Assembly (NCBI RefSeq): GCF_018336915.1
Contig: NZ_CP064923.1
Coordinates: forward strand, 3,690,001 to 3,722,000
Length of the DNA: 32,000 nucleotides
Reading direction: 5' to 3'
Source: Acaryochloris marina S15
Lineage (GTDB): Bacteria; Cyanobacteriota; Cyanobacteriia; Thermosynechococcales; Thermosynechococcaceae
In this document: positions 18,341 through 28,001 of the stretch, one piece after another
Position numbering within the stretch: the stretch's first letter is position 1
Layout: each line of letters begins with the position of its first letter
Notes under the pieces: generated by a model
What the model saw: the letters and a program-made list of their open reading frames with translations, nothing else
What the model was told of the DNA's origin: nothing
The model's database searches: none
Made by a program: the position numbers and the translations under genes

Positions 18341-19378
18341 ATGTTTGAGGAAGTCAGTTCAAACCCTACCGTAGGCATCGATGAATCCCAACAATCATCC
18401 GCATTGCCTAAGTCTCACGCCAGTATGGGGGCTGACGAGTTAATGGATGAGTTATTCCAAGATCTAGAAATGGGTCTGGATGATTCAAGCTTTGCCTTAG
18501 CAACGACCGGAGATGAGCATGTAGGACATGCGTTGCTAGAGACTAATGATCCTGGGGACGATTTATTAGTACCCTACACACCTTTAGATTCAACCTTAGC
18601 TCTGAGAGAGGATCTAGAGGCTTCCCTCAGTCTTAATTTAGCCTCCTCACAAGCATCTGCCAAACACCAGCTAACTGGAAAGCGACTACTGATGACATCA
18701 GCATGTGTCTCCCTCGTGGGTATCAGTATGTTTTGGGTTGGACGACAATTGCGGTTACAGCATGCCCCTGTTGTGGCTGCCCCTCAACTACCAGCCATCG
18801 CACTCCCACAGGTGCCATCATCAGAAACGGTGGCATTTGCCGACTATGTCAGCCAGTCCTTAGAGCGAATCAATCAAGAAACTAAAGCTGCAAAACTGGC
18901 TGCTGCCAAGGCTAGAACACAACCTAGAACGGTTGCAACTCCTCCAATTGGGGGGCTTCCTAGTTTGCCGAATGTGCCTAAGATCAGTGTTGCCAGTTCA
19001 ACCACAGCTGCCATTCCCAATAATGTTGAGCGAGTGTACGTCCCAGTTACAGAAGCACCTGCTCCTGCAGCTGCGCCTAAACCTGCAAGTACACCGGTGA
19101 TTGCTGCCGCTAAGGCCACGACCCAAGAGGATGAGTTACCGGTTGTTAAACCCTTACCCCTGACTCCACCCAGTAATGGTGAGCGGAAGTTCTTGGGAGG
19201 TACTAACTTGGGTGATCAGCCTGTATTTATGGTTTCGATCAATGGCTCTACCCGTCACATTAAGTTAGGGGAATCTATTGATGAAACAGGGGCAACTTTT
19301 GTGGAATTTGACGGCGAACAAAGTGTGCTGAAGCAGGGCAATCAATTGAGATCTGTCACAGCTGGGCAATCGTTTTAG
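18341..19378 (+). CDS. hypothetical membrane-anchored protein with Ala/Pro-rich linker
   Basis: 345-aa ORF. Acidic N-terminus, one predicted TM helix (LLMTSACVSLVGISMFWVG), Pro/Ala-rich middle, small C-terminal domain. No family recognised. Confidence 0.55.
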   Translation: MFEEVSSNPTVGIDESQQSSALPKSHASMGADELMDELFQDLEMGLDDSSFALATTGDEHVGHALLETNDPGDDLLVPYTPLDSTLALREDLEASLSLNLASSQASAKHQLTGKRLLMTSACVSLVGISMFWVGRQLRLQHAPVVAAPQLPAIALPQVPSSETVAFADYVSQSLERINQETKAAKLAAAKARTQPRTVATPPIGGLPSLPNVPKISVASSTTAAIPNNVERVYVPVTEAPAPAAAPKPASTPVIAAAKATTQEDELPVVKPLPLTPPSNGERKFLGGTNLGDQPVFMVSINGSTRHIKLGESIDETGATFVEFDGEQSVLKQGNQLRSVTAGQSF

Positions 19379-19565
19379 GAATCGGATTGAGTCCCTCCGT
19401 TGGGCTCAAGTCATACTTTGGAAGATGGGTTAGATCAGTGTTTGGACTATCTGCAATATCTAGGATGCCTGGGGATGTCCTAACATAGGAAACAGCTTGA
19501 AGCAGTAGACCTTCATGGCGAGGGACTGTGTCTTGCTTATTCCTAGATATTTTCAATCAACATTG

Positions 19566-20507
19566 ATGTCTGAATTTTTAACGGTTGCCTTCTATAAATT
19601 CGTCGAGCTGCAAGATTATGCGGAGTTGAAGGAATCTCTTTTAGCCTGCTGCCAAGATAATGATGTTCAAGGCACTATTCTCTTAGCGACAGAAGGAATC
19701 AATGGTGCGATCGCAGGTTTGCCTCACAATATCCATGCAGTCTTAAATTTTTTGCGGGATGATCCACGCCTTGCCGATCTAGCCCCGAAAGAATCCTGGT
19801 CAGAGAAACGGCCTTTTTATCGAATGAAGGTCCGGCTGAAAACAGAAATCATCAAAATGGGGGTTCCAGACATTGACCCCACCCAAACCGTCGGAGAATA
19901 CGTTAAGCCGGAAGATTGGAACCAACTACTCGCGGATCCAGATGTAGTAGTCATTGATGTGCGCAACGACTATGAGGTGGCCATCGGCACCTTCAACGGG
20001 GCGATCAATCCTAACACCAAAAGTTTTTCAGAGTTGCCTGAATGGCTCAAAGAACAAGCTGAATTACAGACAAAGCCGAAAGTCGCCATGTTTTGTACAG
20101 GGGGCATTCGCTGTGAAAAATCAACAGCCTTATTGCGCCATGAAGGCTTTGAACAGGTCTATCATCTGCAAGGGGGCATCCTCAGTTACTTAGAGCAGGT
20201 GCCAGAAGACGAAAGTCAGTGGCAAGGAGACTGTTTTGTCTTTGATGAGCGGGTTGCCGTCGGTCATGGCCTCAAACCCGGTCGGTATCATCTCTGCCGA
20301 GCCTGTCGCACACCGATTAGCCCGGCAGAGATGACATCGGAACAGTATGTGCCCGGCCAAAGTTGCCCCCACTGCTATGGCACCAAAACAGAAGAACAAC
20401 AACGACGATTTGCTGAACGTCAGCGGCAAGTTGAGCTAGCTAAGCAACGAAACCAACGTCACATCGGGGCAAAATATGCCCGCCATCAACCGGATCCAAG
20501 CAGTTAG
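19566..20507 (+). CDS. trhO: rhodanese-domain protein of the UPF0176/YceA family (tRNA uridine(34) hydroxylase TrhO)
   Basis: 313 aa from ATG 19566 (FLTVAFYKFV, typical N-terminus). Rhodanese loop MFCTGGIRCEKS. C-terminal Cys cluster CRAC..CPHC. Confidence 0.8.
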   Translation: MSEFLTVAFYKFVELQDYAELKESLLACCQDNDVQGTILLATEGINGAIAGLPHNIHAVLNFLRDDPRLADLAPKESWSEKRPFYRMKVRLKTEIIKMGVPDIDPTQTVGEYVKPEDWNQLLADPDVVVIDVRNDYEVAIGTFNGAINPNTKSFSELPEWLKEQAELQTKPKVAMFCTGGIRCEKSTALLRHEGFEQVYHLQGGILSYLEQVPEDESQWQGDCFVFDERVAVGHGLKPGRYHLCRACRTPISPAEMTSEQYVPGQSCPHCYGTKTEEQQRRFAERQRQVELAKQRNQRHIGAKYARHQPDPSS

Positions 20508-20512
20508 TTTTC

Positions 20513-21166
20513 ATGGCAACTTATCCCATTTTGTATTCATTTCGCCGTTGCCCCTATGCTATGCGGGCTCGACTGGCTATGACTGTTAGCCAACAGGTCT
20601 GTGAACTCCGGGAAGTAGTGTTGCGAGACAAACCCCAGGAAATGCTGGATGCCTCTCCCAAAGGAACGGTTCCCGTAATGGTGCAGGTAGACGGTTCCAT
20701 CTTGGAAGAAAGCCTAGAGATTATGATGTGGGCCCTCAAACAACATGATCCTGACGGCTGGCTCCGTTCTAATCCAGCCCAAATGGCGAATCTGCAAACA
20801 TTAGTGGCGGAATGTGATGGTCACTTTAAGCATCATCTAGACCGCTATAAGTATGCTCAGCGTTATGAGGATGCCAATGCTCAAGAACACCGAACGGAAG
20901 GCTCCAAATTCTTAGAGACGTTAAATCACCAACTCAGTAAGACCACTTATCTGTGTGATCAGCAAAGATCCTGGGCAGATATGGCGATTGCCCCCTTTGT
21001 TCGTCAATTTGCTAATACAGACAAGCCTTGGTTTGAAGCGCAACCTTGGCCCAATTTGCAGACTTGGCTAGCAGATTTTTTAGAATCAGACATCTTCTTG
21101 CAGATTATGGGCAAGTACCCTCAGTGGAAATTGGGTGAAATTGGCCCTTTGTTCCCGAATTCATAA
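20513..21166 (+). CDS. glutathione S-transferase-like protein
   Basis: 217 aa. N-terminal thioredoxin-like YSFRRCPYAMRARLA.. and GTVPV. Family-level call only. Confidence 0.65.
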   Translation: MATYPILYSFRRCPYAMRARLAMTVSQQVCELREVVLRDKPQEMLDASPKGTVPVMVQVDGSILEESLEIMMWALKQHDPDGWLRSNPAQMANLQTLVAECDGHFKHHLDRYKYAQRYEDANAQEHRTEGSKFLETLNHQLSKTTYLCDQQRSWADMAIAPFVRQFANTDKPWFEAQPWPNLQTWLADFLESDIFLQIMGKYPQWKLGEIGPLFPNS

Positions 21167-21406
21167 TTTTGCCAGATCGGTTCACTGTCTAATCTCGATG
21201 TCGCCACAAAAAGCCCATGCACCCTTGAATGGAAACTTTTTCGATATCAAGATACAACTTTTCACAGTTCTCAGTATTTCCTGACTTACTGTAGTGCAGG
21301 CCAACGTTACATCGGTTTTTGATTAAGAAAATTTCTGAAATCCACTGTTTCTCATTTAAGGGCAAGGTTTAGATATAAAATTCGATCAACTAAACAGGTA
21401 TCGAAA

Positions 21407-22516
21407 TTGACAAATCCACAAGTTACCTTTGCCAGGAACGTCGGGTTTAGGAAAGAATTGAGCCGACGAGTCAACGAGTATTTCGCCACAAACAATATCA
21501 GGCCTCGGGATAATCCAGCAATGTATTTCAAGACGGTAGTCATTACCACTTGGACGTTGGCTGCTTGGAGCCTCATCCTCTTTGGGCCACCCAATCTTGT
21601 TATTAAGATACTGGGTTGTGTTGCCTTAGGAATGGGGGTGGCTGGCTTCGGTATGAGCGTTGGTCATGATGCCAATCATGGTGGCTACTCTTCTAGTCCT
21701 CTTGTCAATCGGATTGTTGGCAGCTGTTACGACGTTATTGGCGTCTCTAGTTTCCTCTGGAGATTTCGCCATAATCAGTTGCATCATATCTATACCAATA
21801 TCGAAGGGTATGACAACGAAATTGAGGGAGACGGTGTGGTCCGCATGTCACCCCATGCCCCCCATAAATCTCACCATCGATGGCAGCATTATTGGATTTG
21901 GTTTATTTACCCCTTTATTCCCATTTATTGGTATTTCAGGGATATCCAACGGTTCATCCTCAACACCCCTTATCAAACCAACTCCATACCTACAAAGCAA
22001 CCCATCGATTACGTATCATTTTGGGTTGGCCGAGTCATTGGCGTGTCGTTTTTTATGGTCACTCCTTATTTGGTAGGCTACTCCCCTTTACAGATAGTCC
22101 TAGGTTTCTGTATCGCCTATTGGACTTACGGGGCCATTGTCTGTGAGATTTTCATGCTAGCCCATGTGATGGAGGGCATTGAATTCCCTCAGCCGGATCC
22201 AGACTCGAACCAAATTGAAGATGAATGGGCGATTTTTCAACTGAAAACGACTGCAGATTTTGCCCCGCGCAATTTTTTCTTAAATTGGTATGTGGGTGGA
22301 CTCAACTTCCAAGCCGTTCATCACTTGTTTCCCCAGATCTGTCATATCCACTATCCCAAAATTGCTCCCATCGTGGCAGAAGTTTGCCAGGAATTTGATG
22401 TCGATTATATGGTTTACCCAACCTTTGCAGAAGCCATTGCCTCTAATTACAGATGGCTTAGATTGATGGCGATTGGCGAGGAAGAGGTTAGTTACCCCCA
22501 AGCAACAACATCCTGA
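21407..22516 (+). CDS. desD: acyl-lipid delta-6-type (front-end) fatty-acid desaturase
   Basis: Three His boxes HDANH, HNQLHH, QAVHHLFP. Collinear with Synechocystis DesD as I remember it (RGFR..L..RV..YF, RDNP.MY.KT, ..YPTF..AIASNYRWL). Only a TTG at 21407 can include the conserved N-terminus. Confidence 0.8.
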   Translation: MTNPQVTFARNVGFRKELSRRVNEYFATNNIRPRDNPAMYFKTVVITTWTLAAWSLILFGPPNLVIKILGCVALGMGVAGFGMSVGHDANHGGYSSSPLVNRIVGSCYDVIGVSSFLWRFRHNQLHHIYTNIEGYDNEIEGDGVVRMSPHAPHKSHHRWQHYWIWFIYPFIPIYWYFRDIQRFILNTPYQTNSIPTKQPIDYVSFWVGRVIGVSFFMVTPYLVGYSPLQIVLGFCIAYWTYGAIVCEIFMLAHVMEGIEFPQPDPDSNQIEDEWAIFQLKTTADFAPRNFFLNWYVGGLNFQAVHHLFPQICHIHYPKIAPIVAEVCQEFDVDYMVYPTFAEAIASNYRWLRLMAIGEEEVSYPQATTS

Positions 22517-22672
22517 TGAGTAATGGTCTTTACCGCAGGACAGCTAAAGAATGAGGGGACTAAGATGGCCACAACTAAACAGCATTAAAAAAGCTGATAG
22601 AGAAAAATGCCTCCTGCCCCAATCATTCTCGATGTAAGTTAATTGGCTTAATCGACCGCGTCAACGATACCT

Positions 22673-22720
22673 ATTGCCCTGCTGACCATTACAAGTCAGC
22701 AGGGCAATGCCGTTTTGATT
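22673..22720 (+). terminator. intrinsic terminator-like hairpin downstream of desD
   Basis: Perfect 14-bp stem ATTGCCCTGCTGAC/GTCAGCAGGGCAAT, 8-nt loop, followed by GCCGTTTTGATT. Lies 157 nt after the desD stop, between convergent genes. Confidence 0.65.
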
Positions 22721-22746
22721 AGTGAAGAAGATGGGTGGGCAATTGA

Positions 22747-22782
22747 GCAAACTCTTAAGCAAACTCTTAAGCAAACTCTTAA
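22747..22782. repeat. perfect tandem repeat, 3 x 12 bp (GCAAACTCTTAA)
   Basis: Read directly. Lies in the 3' region of the minus-strand gene ending at 22838. Confidence 0.95.
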
Positions 22783-22837
22783 GATCAAGGATAAACAACC
22801 CTCTTCCTTGGATAAACGCTGGGGCTAAGATCTTCTT

Positions 22838-23989
22838 TTATCGACCGACACTGCTAGGTGCCAAAGTAGGGAAACGAACAATCAAAAAAGGTGCGATCGC
22901 ATCATTGATTCCGTTATTGAGTGGTGGGGATTTGTGGAGTTGGTTTACCGTTCCATAAACATAACCATCCGGACCAATTGCTAGACCATCAGGCCAACTC
23001 AATTTTTGATTGTCTTGATAGAGGATCTGATATTTGCCCTCGGGGTTCGTTACACCGAGGGCATTAGCCGTGATGTCCGTAATATAAATATTGCCGGCAC
23101 TGTCAGCCGTAATGCCATCGCTAATGGGTTTATCACCGTAACGCTGTACTCTTTGGCTCAACTGTTGCTCGCTTAAAGATTGATTCAATACATCTGAGGT
23201 GCGGAGTCTATAGATTGACTTGCCATTCATGGCCCCAAAATAGATCCATTCGTAAGCAGGATCGATAGTGATCGGATTGACGCCGATTCTAGCTGGGGCA
23301 TCTCCTAACGAAATCACTCGGCCATCAATCTCAATATCGATATCTTCGGGGATTGTAAACGGTCTCCCTTGCAGGATTCGGCGAGCTAAGCCAGACTTCA
23401 GATCAACGACAATGAAAGCGGCATCAGCTCCACCTGAGGTATCCGCAATATAAATCGCCTCATGTTTGACATCCACGGCAAAATCATTGAGAAAGGCATT
23501 TCCCGTAATGATGGGTGGGGGTAAATAAATAACCTTATGTAGCTCATTGCGCCGCGTATCCCAAGCAATGAGCCGACCTGTCGAAAAGGTGGGGCTAGGA
23601 TTGTCCAAGAACCAAATATTGCCCCTACCATCTGCCTGAATTCCCAACGTATTGTTGAGGCCCGACCAATTGGGAGGATTAACATCAGGCGCCTTCCCCC
23701 AATCTGGATTGGGGTAGATCTGCCAATTCTGTTGGTCGAGAATTTCTATGGCCCGATTCGTATTGCCATAGAAGCTATGCACACTACAAAAAATTCGTTT
23801 ATCAGCTGTAACCGCAATATTGCCTACTTCTGTTCCTTGGGGGAGTTCAGCAACAATCTCTAGCTGATTAATAGGAGGTTTGGCTGTGACTCCGGGGGGA
23901 GTATGAAGATGAATACCAATTAGGCATAAACAGGTGCAGATTGCGATCGCAACTCGTCTACGAAAAAAAATCAGGTCAGGCCAATTCAA
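22838..23989 (-). CDS. secreted beta-propeller protein, major royal jelly/yellow (MRJP)-like or SMP-30/gluconolactonase-like
   Basis: 383 aa, TTG start (no in-frame ATG near the 5' end). Signal-peptide-like RRRVAIAICTCLCLIG. Motifs SDGITADSAGNIYITD, IYIADTSG, LSWPDGLAIGPDGYVYGTVNQLH resemble bacterial MRJP-family proteins. Confidence 0.55.
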   Translation of the reverse strand: MNWPDLIFFRRRVAIAICTCLCLIGIHLHTPPGVTAKPPINQLEIVAELPQGTEVGNIAVTADKRIFCSVHSFYGNTNRAIEILDQQNWQIYPNPDWGKAPDVNPPNWSGLNNTLGIQADGRGNIWFLDNPSPTFSTGRLIAWDTRRNELHKVIYLPPPIITGNAFLNDFAVDVKHEAIYIADTSGGADAAFIVVDLKSGLARRILQGRPFTIPEDIDIEIDGRVISLGDAPARIGVNPITIDPAYEWIYFGAMNGKSIYRLRTSDVLNQSLSEQQLSQRVQRYGDKPISDGITADSAGNIYITDITANALGVTNPEGKYQILYQDNQKLSWPDGLAIGPDGYVYGTVNQLHKSPPLNNGINDAIAPFLIVRFPTLAPSSVGR

Positions 23990-24133
23990 CGGGAGTGCTC
24001 CAAACGCCTACTAGTGGTGATTAACGTTCAGATAGAGGTGAAAGTCAAGCACTAAGTTAGGCGCTGAAGGGTTGAATTAACCTGCCATCAAACTAGAGAG
24101 CTTGAGAGCTATGAAAATATCTGTTGGCAAACC

Positions 24134-25144
24134 TTAGAAGTTGTCTCCATCTAGCAAATCACCAAGGCCGCCGAGCAAGGATCCTTCGCCTCGACCACCG
24201 CTCCCACTCCGTTGAGGTGCTGAGGCTAGCATTCTACCTGCCATTCTGGAGAAGGGAAGAGATTGTAACCACACATGTCCAGGTCCTGTGAGGGTGGCAA
24301 AAAATAACCCTTCACCGCCAAAGATAACCGACTTAACATTGCCCGCTTGCTGAATGTCGTAATGGACCGAATCGGTCAGGGCAACGAGACAGCCCGTATC
24401 AACATGTAAGGTTTCACCCGCTTTCAGGTCACGCTGGACTACCGTTCCCCCGGCATGGAGAAAAGTTAGGCCTGTCCCGTCTAGCTTTTGCATGATGAAG
24501 CCTTCACCGCCAAAAAGCCCTGTGAGAATCTTCTTTTGGAAATGAATACCAATTTGAACGCCTTTGGCGGCACAAAGGAAACTGTCTTTTTGGCAAATCA
24601 ATCGTCCACCATAATCACTGAGTTTGGCGGCAATAATGGTGCCCGGATAGGGAGCTGCAAAAGCAACATGGGCCTTACCTTGAGGGCCACCGTGGGTAAA
24701 GACAGTCGTGAACAAACTTTCTCCAGTGACTAGGCGCTTACCCGCCCCGACTAGCTTGTCCATAAAGCCGCCTTGGGAAGCTTGGGCTGAGCCATCCCCA
24801 AAAATAGTTTCCATTTGGACCACAGCATCTTTGTACATCATGGCTCCCGCCTCAGCCACAGCGCTTTCGCCCGGATCGAGTTCGACTTCAACAAACTGCA
24901 TGTCTTCGCCGAAAATTTGATAGTCGATTTCATGGGCTGCACCCGGACCTACGGGGGGAGGAGGTGGTGGAGCAGCGGCAGGGGCATCTCCCCGGAGTTC
25001 GGCCACTTGGGAAATGGGGAGCCAATCAGTAAATCCCTGTCGCCAGCAATGGCCATTGGAATTTTGTCTAGCTTGGTCAATGGCCTGCTTTTCGTCGAAG
25101 GGGCCTAGGCGATCGCTGCCGTAATTGAAATACCAAGTTGTCAT
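24134..25144 (-). CDS. GYF_2 (DUF4339) domain fused to AIM24/TIGR00266-family domain protein
   Basis: N-terminal [17 protein letters not shown]...[14 protein letters not shown] (GYF-like), poly-Pro linker [13 protein letters not shown]. Body has AIM24/DUF124-like beta-rich pattern ([63 protein letters not shown]). Confidence 0.65.
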   Translation of the reverse strand: MTTWYFNYGSDRLGPFDEKQAIDQARQNSNGHCWRQGFTDWLPISQVAELRGDAPAAAPPPPPPVGPGAAHEIDYQIFGEDMQFVEVELDPGESAVAEAGAMMYKDAVVQMETIFGDGSAQASQGGFMDKLVGAGKRLVTGESLFTTVFTHGGPQGKAHVAFAAPYPGTIIAAKLSDYGGRLICQKDSFLCAAKGVQIGIHFQKKILTGLFGGEGFIMQKLDGTGLTFLHAGGTVVQRDLKAGETLHVDTGCLVALTDSVHYDIQQAGNVKSVIFGGEGLFFATLTGPGHVWLQSLPFSRMAGRMLASAPQRSGSGGRGEGSLLGGLGDLLDGDNF

Positions 25145-25379
25145 GTCTCTAATTGCTGCTCACCAAACTACAGATATCGTTGCTCAAAGTCCACACAAGT
25201 CGTGGGAGCAAGGAACGATGTGATATAGCTTTCCCAGATTGCAGGCTACAAATTCAAGTCTGCAATGAAACGTTCAAATGGGTCAGAAGCAGCTTTTTAC
25301 TGGAGCGAACTACAGCAACGAAATATCTGCATAACACAGCAAAATTAGCGATTAACGCAGGTCTTATGCAAAACTACTG

Positions 25380-26849
25380 TCAAAATAACAATGCCCCATC
25401 AATTTCCACAGGCAAATGTGTATGAGCCCCCTCTCCACAGGTACGAGGAGTGGGAAAAACCTTGCCAGGATTGGCTAACTCTTTGGGATTAAATACATGA
25501 CGCACCCACTGCATCGTCTCTAAATCAGCCTCAGAAAACATATCCGGCATATAGCAGCGCTTGTCCGCCCCGATACCATGCTCGCCAGAGATACTTCCCC
25601 CGACACGCACACAGAGCTTCAGGATTTCGCCCCCTAACTCTTCTACCTTTTCTAAAGAACCTGGAATGGACTCATCATAAAGAATCAGCGGATGTAAATT
25701 TCCATCTCCTGCATGGAAAACATTGGCAATTCGGTAGCCAAATTTATCGCTTAGGGCATTAATTTCACCCAATACATAGGCCAGTTCCGTTCTCGGAATG
25801 ACGCCATCTTGGACAAAATAGTTGGGACTGAGCTTTCCGGCAGCCGCAAAAGCAGCTTTCCGTCCCTGCCAAAGCTTGAGCCGTTCTTCTGGTTCTGTGG
25901 CTACGGCGATATTACGAGCACCATTTTGGCGGCAAATTTCTTTAACCCGTTCGCTGCTAGCATTGACCTCAACTTGCAAGCCATCCAGTTCAATTAAAAG
26001 AATGGAGCCCGCATCTCGGGGATAGCAGTCGGTTGCCACCACATCTTCCACCGCGTTGATGCTGAAGTTGTCCATAATTTCCATGCCAGCGGGGATAATC
26101 CCGGCCCCGATGATGTCGGCAACGGTTTTCCCCGCGGCATCAACACTGGTGAAATCGGCGAGTAGAACTGAAATAGCATCAGCACTGCGCAAAATTCTTA
26201 AGGTAATTTCTGTGGCAATGCCTAAGGTTCCTTCCGACCCCACAAATACCCCGGTCAGGTCATAGCCTGGCATCTCAGGGACTTTGCTGCCTAAATCCAC
26301 TACATCACCATTGGTGAGGACCATTTTCATCCCCAACACATGGTTGGTGGTCACCCCGTACTTCAGGCAGTGAACGCCACCGGAATTCTCGGCAATATTG
26401 CCACCGATGGAGCAAATGATCTGACTAGAGGGATCTGGCGCATAGTAGAAGCCATCTGGAGCCACTGCCTGGGTGACCCAAGCATTAATGACCCCTGGTT
26501 GGACCACCACACATTGATTATCAATATCAATTTCGAGAATTTTATTCATACGGGAGGTGACGATTAAAACGCAACCTACCGTGGGCATTGCACCGCCAGA
26601 TAAGCCAGTTCCTGACCCCCGAGCCACAAACGGTATTTGGTTGCGATCGCAAATCTCCACCACTGCCGCTACTTCTTCCGTCGTTTGGGGCAGCACTACG
26701 AGGCTGGGGCGTTGCCGGTAACTGGCTAAGCCATCGCATTCATAGACAGATAACTCTTCTGGGGTCACTATCACCCCGTCCTGGCCGACAACAGTCTGCA
26801 TCTGCCGGATGATGGGTTGCCAATTAAGTTGAGTGCCTGTGGCAATCAT
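25380..26849 (-). CDS. glcD: FAD-linked glycolate oxidase/dehydrogenase subunit GlcD
   Basis: 489 aa. FAD-binding PCMH region LVVLPQTTEEVAAVVEICDRNQIPFVARGSGTGLSGGA, HAGDGNLHPLILYD, GGSISGEHGIG. Confidence 0.85.
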   Translation of the reverse strand: MIATGTQLNWQPIIRQMQTVVGQDGVIVTPEELSVYECDGLASYRQRPSLVVLPQTTEEVAAVVEICDRNQIPFVARGSGTGLSGGAMPTVGCVLIVTSRMNKILEIDIDNQCVVVQPGVINAWVTQAVAPDGFYYAPDPSSQIICSIGGNIAENSGGVHCLKYGVTTNHVLGMKMVLTNGDVVDLGSKVPEMPGYDLTGVFVGSEGTLGIATEITLRILRSADAISVLLADFTSVDAAGKTVADIIGAGIIPAGMEIMDNFSINAVEDVVATDCYPRDAGSILLIELDGLQVEVNASSERVKEICRQNGARNIAVATEPEERLKLWQGRKAAFAAAGKLSPNYFVQDGVIPRTELAYVLGEINALSDKFGYRIANVFHAGDGNLHPLILYDESIPGSLEKVEELGGEILKLCVRVGGSISGEHGIGADKRCYMPDMFSEADLETMQWVRHVFNPKELANPGKVFPTPRTCGEGAHTHLPVEIDGALLF

Positions 26850-27033
26850 GAAAATTTCGCCTGCAGAAAAGGGAAAAAAGCAGGCTGTAAAGACCCTGCC
26901 TATGCTTAGCTTAGACTAGAATCACGCCCTCTTAAGACTAGAGAAATTCAGTCAAGCAGCCAATTTACCCTGTCGCTTCTACTGCTGCAACACAAACCGA
27001 CATCATTTGGATAGTTAAGAAGACCAAAAAAAC

Positions 27034-27321
27034 TTAAGCCGATCGTTGCTCCTGGAAGCCTGCTACTTCAATTTCCGTCAAACTGTAGAGAAAAACGCCA
27101 CTACCCACTCTCACGACATCTCCAGAGAGCATATTGATGCTACCGGATAAAAAATCGATAATGCGCTGAGCTAAGTGAGAGGGCAGTTCAGAAACATTAC
27201 ACATAACCAGGCGACCTGCTTTTAGTTGATCGACTGCTTGTTGAGCTTCTTCAAAAGAGCTGGGTTTTACAACCTTAATTTCCGATTGTGAAGAACCAAA
27301 CAAAGGAATGACATTGTCCAT
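27034..27321 (-). CDS. short SepF-like (DUF552) cell-division protein
   Basis: 95 aa. VVKPSSFEEAQQAVDQLKAGRLVMCNVSEL....AQRIIDFLSGSINMLSGDVVRVGSGVFLY aligns with the SepF core (compare B. subtilis ..[23 protein letters not shown]..IFL). Confidence 0.7.
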   Translation of the reverse strand: MDNVIPLFGSSQSEIKVVKPSSFEEAQQAVDQLKAGRLVMCNVSELPSHLAQRIIDFLSGSINMLSGDVVRVGSGVFLYSLTEIEVAGFQEQRSA

Positions 27322-27775
27322 GATTTAAGTCGTGATGCTGAAATAGGTCAAATGCAATTATGCCCAAGCCAACACGCATCCAGTCCGGTCTCCTAAAAAG
27401 GATACCGAACTATATATCGGGAATAATGTGTGCGAGATAAGCATTAGTATCTTCACTAGCGAATTATTAAGAAAATTCGGCTAGTAAACTCCAAAAACAC
27501 TGATATTGAAGCCTAAAACTTTTCTCCCCCCTATCAGCTTTATCTTCCTCAAACCACGCCTTAGTAAAACTAAGTGACTAAATTAAGAATTTCCAAGTGG
27601 AAGAATACACGAGACCAAACTAAACGTTAGTGAAAGCTAACGCAACGATACCAGAAATATTCAGTTGTGTAACCATTTGTCTGCACACAGGCTAGCATTG
27701 ATCCAATTTCCTGAACCCCTGTCAGGGATAAGCCTTACCTTAATTTAATATTTGAAAATTTTCTTCATTGTTCTT

Positions 27776-28001
27776 ACAGCAATTCTCATTTTGGCAGACT
27801 AACACTCTGAGCCTTATCCGTTGGTACTTTTCCCACTTCCAGTCTTTGCTCTGAATTGTTCTTGACAGTGGTAATAGTGCTTAGACAACTCATTGATATG
27901 GAGTTGATGAGTATTTTGAAAACATGTGCTTGATCTCAGAACTCTAAAAGCCTTGCTGGGAAAGCTTTTTTAGTGGATATTCTTAAAATGAGAATTGTTG
28001 T
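27776..28001. repeat. 226-bp segment bounded by 17-bp inverted repeats (ACAGCAATTCTCATTTT / AAAATGAGAATTGTTGT, 16/17); MITE-like or paired operator
   Basis: Arms at 27776-27792 and 27985-28001, read directly. GTTCTT occurs just outside both arms (27770-27775, 28003-28008), but TTCTTA is locally recurrent. Confidence 0.45.

Noticed and set aside
21660-22146. 138-aa and 88-aa plus-strand ORFs in alternative frames inside desD
   Set aside because: They are out-of-frame overlaps with a gene whose own frame carries all three conserved histidine boxes. They have no independent support.
22747-22782. Tandem repeat considered as a CRISPR-like array
   Set aside because: The units are 12 bp and directly abutting with no spacers. 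There are no cas genes or leader sequence.
22722-22958. 78-aa GTG-initiated ORF containing (SKLL)3
   Set aside because: The repeat peptide is simply the translation of the 12-bp tandem DNA repeat. The ORF runs 121 nt antisense into the well-supported MRJP-like gene.
25153-25425. 90-aa TTG-initiated ORF in the spacer downstream of glcD
   Set aside because: It has a TTG start with no ribosome-binding context, overlaps the glcD 3' end antisense, and has Cys/Lys-rich composition with no motifs. It is more likely the non-coding promoter region of the GYF-AIM24 gene.
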